From: Bacilli bacterium
GTDB taxonomy: Bacteria > Bacillota_I > Bacilli_A > ML615J-28 > CAG-698
Assembly (NCBI GenBank): GCA_016296945.1
Contig: JAEDHQ010000001.1
Span: forward strand, 1 to 61,148
Reading direction: 5' to 3'
DNA: 61,148 nucleotides
Part shown: positions 47,262 to 57,288 of the stretch, piece after piece
Numbering within the stretch: the stretch's first letter is position 1
Layout: the number at the start of each line of letters is the position of its first letter
Notes under the pieces: generated by a model
The model's input: the letters and a program-made list of their open reading frames with translations, nothing else
Database searches by the model: none
What the model was told of the DNA's origin: nothing
Translations under genes and position numbers: made by a program

Positions 47262-48276
47262 TATTTTTTAAGTATTTATCTTTAGCTGTTTTTGCCATTT
47301 GATAAAATAACATTCGCGATCCTTTTGGTACTAATAAAGATGCTTCTTCAATCTTTCCTTCTAAAATCATCTTACGAACTATACTTGCACTTACTTCAAT
47401 ACCATTTTCTTGATATCTTTTAATTTCTTCGACTTTATTTCCTAGAATATTTTTTAACGCCTTATTATATTCTACCATCATTTTATTAGATTCTGTTCCT
47501 ATATAACGTTTGGAAATATTTAAATATTTCATAAAATATTCTTTGAATATTTTGGCATCAGTTGTTGCCCATTCTTTATTTTTCATTTCTTCATTTCTTA
47601 AAAAATAATTTGGAAAAGTTAAACTAGAAACAATATAACTAGAAGATGGAATAACAACAACATTTGGCAAATGATTACAAGCTAAATATAATAGTGTCAT
47701 TCGTTCTTTATAACTAAAGAAAGATAAATCTTCTTCTAAAATAAATACTAAAACATATTGATGTCTTTTGGCGGCTAATTCAATTAATTCTAGGTGGCCA
47801 ATTGTAACTGGATTGCAATTCATAACTAAGCATCCAATATCTGCATTATTAACGTTTATATCGAACTTATACTCAATTTTGTGCTTTAAAGATTCTAAAT
47901 ATTCTATAATATTAGGTGTTCCTGCTTCTAAAATACAAACAGTGTCAGTTTCAACTATTTTCTCAAATCCAAAACTCATAAATGTGTTTAAATATTCTAA
48001 TTTTGTATATACCAAATAATGATATATTTTATTTTCATAGAAATAATTTACTACTTTACTAATTAAAATTCCTCCATAATTCTCATTACGATTATCTATA
48101 TCTACGGCAAAACATTTAATAATATTTTGATAAATTGAAACTGTTCCTAAAATAGCATCATTTTCTTCAATATAAAATGTTTTTGTAATATTATCTTCAT
48201 AATCTAATTCATTTCTCTTTAAAAATTTTATTATTCTTTCTTTTTCACTTAATAGTAAAGCTTCTTTTATTTCCAT
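47254..48276 (-). CDS. citC: [Citrate (pro-3S)-lyase] ligase (ACP acetylation)
   Basis: Cytidylyltransferase-like core NPVTIGHLELIE (HxGH). N-terminal acetyltransferase-like domain. 340 aa. Confidence 0.8.
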   Translation of the reverse strand: MEIKEALLLSEKERIIKFLKRNELDYEDNITKTFYIEENDAILGTVSIYQNIIKCFAVDIDNRNENYGGILISKVVNYFYENKIYHYLVYTKLEYLNTFMSFGFEKIVETDTVCILEAGTPNIIEYLESLKHKIEYKFDINVNNADIGCLVMNCNPVTIGHLELIELAAKRHQYVLVFILEEDLSFFSYKERMTLLYLACNHLPNVVVIPSSSYIVSSLTFPNYFLRNEEMKNKEWATTDAKIFKEYFMKYLNISKRYIGTESNKMMVEYNKALKNILGNKVEEIKRYQENGIEVSASIVRKMILEGKIEEASLLVPKGSRMLFYQMAKTAKDKYLKNNG

Positions 48277-48294
48277 AATATAAACCTTTATTTT

Positions 48295-49809
48295 TTATTT
48301 TTTATAAATATGATCAATTATTGTACCATCTCGATACATTACCTCACCAACAATTTGATCTGTATGATGTGATGGTTTTGGTTTTCCTGTATAGTGATGA
48401 GCAATTTCTAATAGTTCAGATATTGTACAAATATTTAGTTTTGAACCCTTTACTTTTTCAAGTAAATCTTTTCTTCGTGGATTAATTGCTATTCCCCGTT
48501 CACACACTAAAACATCGATATCACTTCCAGGAGTTGTAATTGTTGTTACATGTTCTTTGATAATTGGCATTCTTGATTTTACTAAATTTGTTACAATGAC
48601 AGTAACATTGGCTCCATTAGCTGTGTCAGAATGACCACCGCTACCTCCGATAACATTACCATGTGAATCAGTTGTAACGTTGACATTGAAATCCAAATCG
48701 ATTTCTGTTGCTCCTAAAATAACAAAATCAAGTTTGTTTACAATAACATTTTCATCATATGGATTAGCATACATTGAAGCTGACATTCCATGATGATTGC
48801 GATTTTCTTTATATGACCTTACAGCATCTAAATCGAAGCATTGCACATCATAAATGTCTTTAAGCAAACCATCTTCTAACATCTTTACAAAATAACTTGT
48901 AATTCCTCCTGTTGCGAAACTGCCTTTAATATTTTTTTCTTCCATTAATTTACGAACATAATAAGCAACAGCAAGTGATGTTCCCCCAGCTCCCGTTTGC
49001 ATTGAAAAACCATCTTTAATTAAACCTATTTCATCTAATAATTTTACTGTATCTCTGGCTATTTTTAATCCGGTTGGATCCTTTGTTATTTTTGTTGTTC
49101 CACTAACAATTCCTTTAGCATCACCAATTGCTTGTACTTGACAAACAATATCAACATACTTTCCATCAATATCGTATTGATCTAATTTTTCAATCACATT
49201 ATCAGTAACTAAAACTACTTTATTTGCATATAAACTATCAGGAATTGCATAACCTAATGAACCACAGGCAACAGGTCCCATTGCTCCTGTTCCATTAGCA
49301 CACTTGTCAACTGTAGGTGTTGCAAGAAACGCAACATCTATTTTTATTTCTCCACTTTCAATCGAACGCGCACGACCACCATGCGTGTTCATTATTAGTT
49401 CACCTTTTAATTTTCCACTCACAATTGCATCACTAACAGGGCCATTTAAATAGTTTGTATAAATGTTTGTAACATTTCCATTTTCAATTAATTCCACTAA
49501 CGGTTTATTATTCGGAAAAATAGAACTTGCAGCGATTGATAAATTCTTTATATTTCTTTTTTTGATTACTTTACAAACATCATTTAAAACGTAATCTCCG
49601 TTTCGTAAGTGATGGTGGAAAGAAAGACACATTCCATCTGTAATATTTAAAAAGTCAAACACATCTTCTAAGCTTTTAAGCCATATAGTGTTATCTGCTT
49701 TATTCTTTTTATCAATTAATTTTCGAGGATGATTTTTATAATCTTCACTATTGATAAAAGTTTTGTATTTTCTAATTCCATTGTTTTTATCCATTTTAAA
49801 GAACTCCAA
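48295..49809 (-). CDS. citF: Citrate lyase alpha subunit (citrate CoA-transferase)
   Basis: 504 aa. CitF-type CoA-transferase with conserved G-rich blocks. Confidence 0.85.
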   Translation of the reverse strand: MEFFKMDKNNGIRKYKTFINSEDYKNHPRKLIDKKNKADNTIWLKSLEDVFDFLNITDGMCLSFHHHLRNGDYVLNDVCKVIKKRNIKNLSIAASSIFPNNKPLVELIENGNVTNIYTNYLNGPVSDAIVSGKLKGELIMNTHGGRARSIESGEIKIDVAFLATPTVDKCANGTGAMGPVACGSLGYAIPDSLYANKVVLVTDNVIEKLDQYDIDGKYVDIVCQVQAIGDAKGIVSGTTKITKDPTGLKIARDTVKLLDEIGLIKDGFSMQTGAGGTSLAVAYYVRKLMEEKNIKGSFATGGITSYFVKMLEDGLLKDIYDVQCFDLDAVRSYKENRNHHGMSASMYANPYDENVIVNKLDFVILGATEIDLDFNVNVTTDSHGNVIGGSGGHSDTANGANVTVIVTNLVKSRMPIIKEHVTTITTPGSDIDVLVCERGIAINPRRKDLLEKVKGSKLNICTISELLEIAHHYTGKPKPSHHTDQIVGEVMYRDGTIIDHIYKK

Positions 49810-50644
49810 ACTTTTTCGCTTTTTCTAATACTTTTTCAGCTCTTTCAATAACTGGTTTATCAACCATTTTACCATCTAAACTAAAAACTCCTAATCCTTT
49901 GGCAAATGCTTCATCACGAGCCATTAAAACTCGTTTTGCATAATCAACTTCTTTTGTTGTTGGCGTAAAGATCTGATTGATTGTCTCAATTTGATTGGGA
50001 TGAATCGCACTTTTTGCATTCATACCAATACTTTTTGCAAATTTTGTATCTTTTGTTAATCCCTCATTATCAGTAGTATCAGTAAATGGTGTATCAATTG
50101 CATCTATTTTATATGCTTTACAAGCAGTTACAATGCGATTGCGAGCATAAAAAATCTCTACTCCTTCTTTCGTTCTTGTTACTTCTAAATCTTTAGTAAA
50201 GTCTTCAGCTCCTAATAATATCCCATCAACAAGTTCCAGTTTTGCAATTTGATCTACTTCTATTAATGATATTGCTTGTTCGATAATTGGGATAATCTTA
50301 ATATCTTTTTTGTTATTTTTAATCATTTCAGATAATTGTAATAAGTCTTCAACTCTTGCTTTAGGTAACATAATCGTATTCAAGTTATCAAGCATAAATA
50401 AGGCCTTTAAATCTTCTGCGCAAAAAGGTGTGTCAAATCCATTAATGCGAACTATTACTTCTAAAGATGGGGAATAGTTTTTTAAATAACTTGTGACTAA
50501 AAATCTTGCGCTGTCTTTTTCTGTTCCACTAACTGCATCTTCTAAATCAAAAATCACAGCATCAGCTTCAAAAACATCACTACTTTGTAACATCCCTGGA
50601 TTATTTCCAGGAATAAATAATAAACTACGTCTCATTTTATTCAC
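49796..50644 (-). CDS. citE: Citrate lyase beta subunit (citryl-CoA lyase)
   Basis: MRRSLLFIPGNNP...FDLEDAV, the HpcH/HpaI/CitE family N-terminus. 282 aa. Confidence 0.85.
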   Translation of the reverse strand: MNKMRRSLLFIPGNNPGMLQSSDVFEADAVIFDLEDAVSGTEKDSARFLVTSYLKNYSPSLEVIVRINGFDTPFCAEDLKALFMLDNLNTIMLPKARVEDLLQLSEMIKNNKKDIKIIPIIEQAISLIEVDQIAKLELVDGILLGAEDFTKDLEVTRTKEGVEIFYARNRIVTACKAYKIDAIDTPFTDTTDNEGLTKDTKFAKSIGMNAKSAIHPNQIETINQIFTPTTKEVDYAKRVLMARDEAFAKGLGVFSLDGKMVDKPVIERAEKVLEKAKKFGVL

Positions 50645-50924
50645 CTAAATATCTTTCTATTGCGCATAATAGTCTTGCTTTTATCGTGTAATCAAGAGCG
50701 CCTTTGTCTGTACATTCTACTAAGACATTATTAAGATTTTTTTCTTTTAAAGTAATAGCAATAACTTCATATATTTGTTCATAAAAGAAGTCACCTACGA
50801 TACTATTTATAATAATGTGATTCCCATTTTCTTTATTATTTTTAATTACAATTAAACAATCATTAGACTCAATCGATCCACACATACCTATTTTCATTTT
50901 CATCACCTTTTCCTTCTTCTTCAA
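50637..50924 (-). CDS. citD: Citrate lyase acyl carrier protein (gamma subunit)
   Basis: 95 aa. MCGSIESND prosthetic-group serine region. First gene of the operon. Confidence 0.8.
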   Translation of the reverse strand: MKKKEKVMKMKIGMCGSIESNDCLIVIKNNKENGNHIIINSIVGDFFYEQIYEVIAITLKEKNLNNVLVECTDKGALDYTIKARLLCAIERYLGE

Positions 50925-51080
50925 TTTTCATTATAACATAAGAGCCTCTTTTTTTCAATTAATATACTATTAATTTTAATAGCTTATTTTTTTATTTATA
51001 ATTGTTATTAATTATTAACTCATAATTTTTTAATTTGCAATTAAGAATAAAACACGATTAATTTTCTTAACCGTGTTTTT

Positions 51081-51974
51081 TTATAAACTAAAAATAATAA
51101 TAACTAGAATGCCTAAAGTTAATAAAATCAATCCTAAAATAGATTTTTTGTTAAACTTTTCTTTTAGAATCAAAAAAGAAAATAACATTGTTATTAATAT
51201 CGAGAATTTACCAATTGAGTTAACAGCAACAGGATTAACATTATCTAGATTTAAAGCAAAATATTCACTTAGCCACGCTCCCCCAGTAGCAATCCCAGAA
51301 ATCACTAAAAAAACATAACTCTTTAATGATATTTTTGTAGCTCCTTTATAATCTTTTCTAAACAAAACAATTGTAATGGAAAAAATAAACACAACAATTG
51401 TTCTAATTAATGTTCCTAAGCCAGAACTAATTCCTTTTAAACCTATTTTTATAAATAAAGATACCAAAGAAGCAAAAACAGCTGATAGAATGGCATATAT
51501 TAGCCAACTACTATTTTTCTTATCCTCTTCATTCTTTTTATCAATCATTAAAAGAGTTCCCAAAAGCATTAGAATCATTGATAATGATAGTGCAAGAATA
51601 GTTTTCATATCTCCATTATTTGTTGTATCATTAAAAAAGAATATTATAAATAAAATACTTGTAATAATGAAACTTGATTTATCAATTGCGACTACTTTAT
51701 TAGTGCTTCCTAATTTTAATGCTTTATAATAACATAACCAAGAACAACCTGTAGCAATTCCCGACAATATTAAAAATAACCAGTTATTCCTGTTTATACT
51801 GCCAATATCATTGATACTTCCGGAAATAACACATAATAATAATGAAAATATAATTACTACACCTGTTCTAAATGCTGTTGCAAAATTTGAATTTACATCT
51901 TTAATTCCGATTTTTGTAAAAATGGTTGATAAAGATGTGCATACTGCACCTATTAATGCTATCATTAACCACAT
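51081..51974 (-). CDS. EamA/DMT-superfamily transporter (10 TM)
   Basis: 297 aa. Two EamA-like 5-TM repeats. Confidence 0.68.
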   Translation of the reverse strand: MWLMIALIGAVCTSLSTIFTKIGIKDVNSNFATAFRTGVVIIFSLLLCVISGSINDIGSINRNNWLFLILSGIATGCSWLCYYKALKLGSTNKVVAIDKSSFIITSILFIIFFFNDTTNNGDMKTILALSLSMILMLLGTLLMIDKKNEEDKKNSSWLIYAILSAVFASLVSLFIKIGLKGISSGLGTLIRTIVVFIFSITIVLFRKDYKGATKISLKSYVFLVISGIATGGAWLSEYFALNLDNVNPVAVNSIGKFSILITMLFSFLILKEKFNKKSILGLILLTLGILVIIIFSL

Positions 51975-52105
51975 AATATCTCACCTTCTAAAATATTATA
52001 CTCTCTTTATTTTATTTTGCAATATAATATTCTTTTTTATTTGCTTATTCTATTTTTAATTGATATAATATATATCGTAAGTTTATATTTTAAAGAGGTG
52101 TTATT

Positions 52106-54388
52106 ATGTCATTAGATGATTTAATTATTAAGAGTAATGGTGCTAGAAAAGAGATTTTTGATAAAGAAGAAAATTGTAGTGATTATCGTTTTAAAAATAA
52201 GCATGTTTATGAGAAATTAGTAATTTTTGATAGTAAAAATTTTTCAAGTTGTACACTTAATGGCCGTGGTTCTATTTCTTTAAGCAGTAAATATACGAAA
52301 ACAAATCCTTTTGCTTTATGTTTATCCACAAGTACTGATATTGAAAATATTACTCCAAGACCTTCATCTTCATTAAGATTTGCTCTTAATGGGCTTAATT
52401 TAGAAAAATATAACCGAATATCTGCGCTTTGTTATATTGAAGCAACTGGTTATCAAAATTTTTATTTTCATTTCGCTTTTGGAAATGACGGGCATCATAC
52501 AAACCATGCTCCAAGCATCTATCCTAACCAATGGACATATGTGACTTGGGAATGCAATCATATCAAACGGGACAATGTTAACTTAATGACTGTTACACCA
52601 TATTTAATGGGTTGTCCACCTGAAGCATTACCTAATATCAATATATACATTGATAATATTTCAGCGGAGGTTGTTGATTTAGAATATGATCTTGGTTGGG
52701 ACTTAGAAGATCGTATAGCTTACTCTCATGTTGGTTATTTACCAATAAGTAAAAAACAGGCTTTTAGTTCAACTTGCAATTCTGATTATTTTACTATTGT
52801 TAACGAAGATACTTTAAAATCTATTAGAATGAAAGTAAAAGAACTAAATAGTAATTTAGGCCATTTTTATCTCTTTGATTTTTCCTCAATTAATGAAATA
52901 GGCAATTATCATTTAGAAGTTGATAATCGTAAAACTGAATCCTTTATGATTGATTTTGTCTGCTATGACTCTTCAATTTGGAAAAGTTTAAACTTCTTGC
53001 GTTCATTAAGATGTGGGGAAGATGTAGAAGGAGTTCATTCTGCTTGTCATTTAAATTGTCGTTCAGTTCATCCTGATGGTAGAACAGTTCCAACATTTGG
53101 TGGTTGGCATGACGCTGGTGATGTTTCTCAATTTGAAATTTGTACTGCAGAAATGGCGCATGCGATTTGTGATCTTGCCCTTAAAAATAAAGCTGACTCA
53201 TTTATGTTTAATCGTCTTTTAGAAGAAGCAAAAGTCGGATTGAACTGGCTTTTACGTACTCGCTTTGGTGATGGTTACCGTGCTAATGCTGTTGGTTATA
53301 GCATTTGGAGAAAAAATACATTAGATCCAACTAATACTTCTATTATTAGCAAAGCTGAAGAAGGATCATTTGAAAACTTTTTATCTGCTGCTGCTTTAGC
53401 AAGTGGTGCTAATTTGTTTAAAGATCTTGATATTATATATAGTGATTGGTGTAAACGTAGTGCTATTGAGGATTTCAAATTTGCATGTTCAGAATATCTT
53501 AATAAAATTTATACTGTTCGTTGGGGTGAACCTATTGAAAGCCAAACTATGGGGGCTGCTATTTTAGCTGCTTGTGAAATATATGTGATTACAAATGATA
53601 TATTTTATTTAGAAAAAGCTTTAGAGTTTTCTAAAATTGTTATGAATTGCCAAGAAAAAGGTAATGATACTCCGATGAAAGGCTTTTTCTATGAAGATCA
53701 AGAACATAAATATATTTTAGCTTATGAACATCGCGGCCATGAGCAATCTCCTGTTCAAGGACTTGCTCGTTTATATCAACTACTTCCAAATGGTGATAAT
53801 AAAGATAAAATCAAAAAATCTTTAGAATTATATCGTAGCTATGTTTTAGAATCAATGAAATATACAAAACCATATAATCTACTTCCTGGTCACATTTATC
53901 ATATTGATAAAATCAATATTGAACACTTTACAGTTTTCCCAAAAACAGCAAAACTTGAAGCATTACAATCATTAATTGCTCAAGTTAAAGAGGGAATTGA
54001 TTTAGGTAATGGTTGGTATCTTCGTATTATGCCAATTGCTTATACAAGACGCGGTTTTCATGCTACGTTATTAAGTAAAGCAAAAGGCGTAAGTATGATT
54101 GCTAAAGTATTTAATGATACTGAATTGAGAAATATTGTGATCAGTCAATTAGAATGGATTTTAGGTAAAAACCCATTTGCCTCTAGTACAATGTATGGAG
54201 AAGGTCATAATTACCATCCATTATATGTTGCCTTTTCACGCCAAATAGTTGGTGCCCTACCTGTAGGTATTAAGACAAAAGATGAAAAAGATTTACCATA
54301 TTGGCCAACAATTAATAATGCTGTTTATAAAGAGATATGGGGCCATACTACTGGTAAATATCTTTGGGTTTTAGCGGACGTATTATAA
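52106..54388 (+). CDS. Glycoside hydrolase family 9-like protein (cytoplasmic, N-terminal Ig-like domain)
   Basis: GGWHDAGDVSQFEICTAEMAHAI (the GH9 DAGD catalytic-Asp motif). C-terminal NAVYKEIWGHTTGKYLWVLA (the GH9 catalytic Glu region). No signal peptide. Confidence 0.6.
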   Translation: MSLDDLIIKSNGARKEIFDKEENCSDYRFKNKHVYEKLVIFDSKNFSSCTLNGRGSISLSSKYTKTNPFALCLSTSTDIENITPRPSSSLRFALNGLNLEKYNRISALCYIEATGYQNFYFHFAFGNDGHHTNHAPSIYPNQWTYVTWECNHIKRDNVNLMTVTPYLMGCPPEALPNINIYIDNISAEVVDLEYDLGWDLEDRIAYSHVGYLPISKKQAFSSTCNSDYFTIVNEDTLKSIRMKVKELNSNLGHFYLFDFSSINEIGNYHLEVDNRKTESFMIDFVCYDSSIWKSLNFLRSLRCGEDVEGVHSACHLNCRSVHPDGRTVPTFGGWHDAGDVSQFEICTAEMAHAICDLALKNKADSFMFNRLLEEAKVGLNWLLRTRFGDGYRANAVGYSIWRKNTLDPTNTSIISKAEEGSFENFLSAAALASGANLFKDLDIIYSDWCKRSAIEDFKFACSEYLNKIYTVRWGEPIESQTMGAAILAACEIYVITNDIFYLEKALEFSKIVMNCQEKGNDTPMKGFFYEDQEHKYILAYEHRGHEQSPVQGLARLYQLLPNGDNKDKIKKSLELYRSYVLESMKYTKPYNLLPGHIYHIDKINIEHFTVFPKTAKLEALQSLIAQVKEGIDLGNGWYLRIMPIAYTRRGFHATLLSKAKGVSMIAKVFNDTELRNIVISQLEWILGKNPFASSTMYGEGHNYHPLYVAFSRQIVGALPVGIKTKDEKDLPYWPTINNAVYKEIWGHTTGKYLWVLADVL

Positions 54389-55152
54389 TGAAAAGAATCA
54401 AGAATTATCATACACATACACTTTTTTGTGGACATGGAAAAGGTCATCCAATTGACTATGCTAAATATGCTAACTTAAAAGACTTTGAAGTATTAGGCTT
54501 TTCTGAACATGCACCAACAATCATTAAAGGATTAGGTGGTGTTCCGTTTGAAAAAATTGATCAGTATTATAATGAAGTTCATGAATTAAAGAAGATTTAT
54601 CCTAATATGAAAATCTTATGTGGTTTAGAAGTAGATTATTTTGAAACATTTCATCCATATTTCAAAAAACTATTAGAACGATACGATTTTCTTTCTTTAA
54701 GTTGTCACTATATTAAATGTAATGTTCATAATCCTGGTGATTATAGTTGTTTTTGTTTGCAGAATAGTCAAGATGTTGTTACATATACTGAAATATTAAT
54801 TAAAGGAATGGAAAGTGGTTTCTTTAGCTTTGTTAATCATCCTGATTTATTTATACGGGAACCTCTTGCAGGTTATGAAGAGGCAACTAAAAAAATCGTT
54901 GCGGCGGCTATCAAATATGATCTTCCATTAGAACTTAATCTAAATCAAATGCGTGCTCGAAAACAGTTATACGAAAGAGATAACTATCGATATAATTTTT
55001 GGAAATATGTTGGTAAAACTAACGCAAAAGTTATTATTAACTTTGATGCACATTTTCCAGAGTTTTTAGCATCAGACATCTATTTAGATGCATTATCTTT
55101 TGCAAAAGAATTGAATTTAAATTTAGTTGATGAAATTAAAATCGTGAAATGA
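54388..55152 (+). CDS. PHP-family histidinol-phosphatase (HisJ/HisK-type)
   Basis: NYHTHTLFCGHGKG (the HTHTxxCxHG signature of HisJ). Its start overlaps the GH9 stop (TAATG). A second PHP paralog is present in the window. Confidence 0.7.
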   Translation: MKRIKNYHTHTLFCGHGKGHPIDYAKYANLKDFEVLGFSEHAPTIIKGLGGVPFEKIDQYYNEVHELKKIYPNMKILCGLEVDYFETFHPYFKKLLERYDFLSLSCHYIKCNVHNPGDYSCFCLQNSQDVVTYTEILIKGMESGFFSFVNHPDLFIREPLAGYEEATKKIVAAAIKYDLPLELNLNQMRARKQLYERDNYRYNFWKYVGKTNAKVIINFDAHFPEFLASDIYLDALSFAKELNLNLVDEIKIVK

Positions 55153-55159
55153 GGTACTC

Positions 55160-56053
55160 ATGAGAGCATATGAAATAAAACCAAATGGATTTTGTAATGG
55201 TGTTAAACGCGCTATTAAAATGATTAAAGACATTGTTATTGATTCTAATACAATAAGACCAATTTATATGTTAGGTTATTTAGTACATAACAAAAACATC
55301 ATAAATAGTTTCATTGAAGATTATGGAATTATTCTAATTACTAGTGATTATGAAAAACATCTAAAAGAAATTAAAAAAGGAACTATTATTTTTACAGCAC
55401 ATGGTATTTCACCATCCATAAAACAAATTGCAATTGATAATAATTTAAACATTGTGGATACAACATGTCCTAATGTTTTAAAGATTCAAAAAATTATTAA
55501 AGACAGAATAAATGAAAATTATAATGTTTTAGTTGTTGGAAGTGAAAATCATCCCGAAACAAAAAGTTATCTAGGTATTTCAAAAAATGTCCAATTATAT
55601 AATGATAATAAAGATTATTCAAATTTATCAAAGATATTTGTAATAAATCAAACAACACTTATTTATGATGATGTTTTAAATATTTTTGAACATATTAAAA
55701 AAACTAACAAAGATGCAGAAATAGCGGAAGAAATTTGTAATGCAACTAAACAAAGGCAAAAAGCTTTGCTTAAAAATATTGATAAGTTTGATTGTTATCT
55801 AATTATTGGAGATAGACTAAGCAATAACTGCGATTCGTTATATAGGATTGCAATAAATCACCATAAAGATGCTTTTAAAATTGAATCAGCTGAAGAATTA
55901 AATTATATTGATTTATCTAAGTATAATACGATTGGTGTTACTGCAGGAGCCTCAACTCCATCTGCAATTGTTTGTGAAGTAATTACACAAATTAATTCAA
56001 ATGAAAATCATTTTAAAACAACTCTTTCAAATAAAGATTACATTGATATATAA
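55160..56053 (+). CDS. ispH: 4-hydroxy-3-methylbut-2-enyl diphosphate reductase
   Basis: N-terminal GFCNGVKRAI (IspH GFC[FA]GV.RAI). Three-Cys Fe-S ligands. 297 aa. Confidence 0.9.
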   Translation: MRAYEIKPNGFCNGVKRAIKMIKDIVIDSNTIRPIYMLGYLVHNKNIINSFIEDYGIILITSDYEKHLKEIKKGTIIFTAHGISPSIKQIAIDNNLNIVDTTCPNVLKIQKIIKDRINENYNVLVVGSENHPETKSYLGISKNVQLYNDNKDYSNLSKIFVINQTTLIYDDVLNIFEHIKKTNKDAEIAEEICNATKQRQKALLKNIDKFDCYLIIGDRLSNNCDSLYRIAINHHKDAFKIESAEELNYIDLSKYNTIGVTAGASTPSAIVCEVITQINSNENHFKTTLSNKDYIDI

Positions 56054-56059
56054 AAATAT

Positions 56060-56095
56060 GAGGTAAACCTAAATTGGTTTACCTCTTTTTAATTT
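56060..56095. terminator. Bidirectional rho-independent terminator
   Basis: gaggtaaacc-taaatt-ggtttacctc followed by TTTTT. Confidence 0.65.
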
Positions 56096-56109
56096 CTAAA
56101 TTTCAAATT

Positions 56110-57255
56110 TTACATTAATGACTCATATAATTTGATTATATCTTCTAATGTAGGGTCTTTTGGATTGCCAGGGCGACATGCATCATCCATTGCAGATTGT
56201 GCTAAGAATGGGATATCTTCTGCTTTAACGATTTCTTTTAAACTAGTAGGAATTCCAACATCTTGGCTTAATTTCTTAACTGCATCTACTGCTGCTTTAC
56301 GATATTCTTCTTGTGTCATTTCATCAACACCCTTAACTCCCATTGCTCTTGCAATTTCACGATATTTTTCACCAGTTTCGGAAGCATTATATTCCATTAC
56401 TGTTGGTAAAATAATGGCATTAGCAACACCATGAGGGGTATTATATACTGCACCTAATGGATGAGCCATTGAGTGAACAATTCCTAGTCCAACATTAGAG
56501 AATCCCATACCTGCCACATATTGGCCTAAAGCCATTCCTTCACGTCCTTCTGGAGTGTTTGCAACAGCACCACGAAGATTTTTAGAAATTAATCTAATAG
56601 CTTCTAAATGGAACATATCAGACAAAGCCCATGCACCTTTTGTAATATATCCTTCAATTGCATGAGTTAGGGCATCCATACCTGTTGCAGCTGTTAATCC
56701 TTTTGGCATTGATGACATCATATCTGGGTCAACAACAGCTACAACTGGAATATCATGTGTATCTACACAAACAAATTTACGATTTTTTTCTACATCTGTA
56801 ATTACATAATTAATTGTAACTTCAGCAGCTGTTCCTGCTGTTGTTGGAACAGCAATAATTGGAACACATGGTTTTTTAGTAGGAGCTACACCCTCTAGTG
56901 AACGAACATCTTCAAATTCTGGATTAGCAATAATAATACCGATTGCTTTGGCAGTATCCATAGAAGATCCACCACCAATAGCAATAATACAATCTGCTTT
57001 TGCTTCTTTAAATGCTATAACACCCGTTTGTACATTTTCAATTGTTGGATTAGGTTTAATGTTAGAATATAATGAATATTCAACTTTTGCTTCTTCTAAT
57101 AATTTTGTAACTTTTTGAGTTACACCAAATTTCACTAAATCAGGATCACTAGCAACGAATGCTTTTTTAAATCCACGAGCAACAATTTCAGGAACGATAT
57201 TTAGAATCGCACCAGAACCATGATAAGAAGTTTCATTTAAAACAAATCTTGGCAT
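56110..57255 (-). CDS. Iron-containing alcohol dehydrogenase (lactaldehyde reductase/1,3-propanediol dehydrogenase-like)
   Basis: GGGSSMDTAKAIG NAD-binding motif. His-rich Fe site. 381 aa. Confidence 0.85.
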   Translation of the reverse strand: MPRFVLNETSYHGSGAILNIVPEIVARGFKKAFVASDPDLVKFGVTQKVTKLLEEAKVEYSLYSNIKPNPTIENVQTGVIAFKEAKADCIIAIGGGSSMDTAKAIGIIIANPEFEDVRSLEGVAPTKKPCVPIIAVPTTAGTAAEVTINYVITDVEKNRKFVCVDTHDIPVVAVVDPDMMSSMPKGLTAATGMDALTHAIEGYITKGAWALSDMFHLEAIRLISKNLRGAVANTPEGREGMALGQYVAGMGFSNVGLGIVHSMAHPLGAVYNTPHGVANAIILPTVMEYNASETGEKYREIARAMGVKGVDEMTQEEYRKAAVDAVKKLSQDVGIPTSLKEIVKAEDIPFLAQSAMDDACRPGNPKDPTLEDIIKLYESLM

Positions 57256-57288
57256 TTTTTTTCCTTTATTTTTATTTATTATATATAA

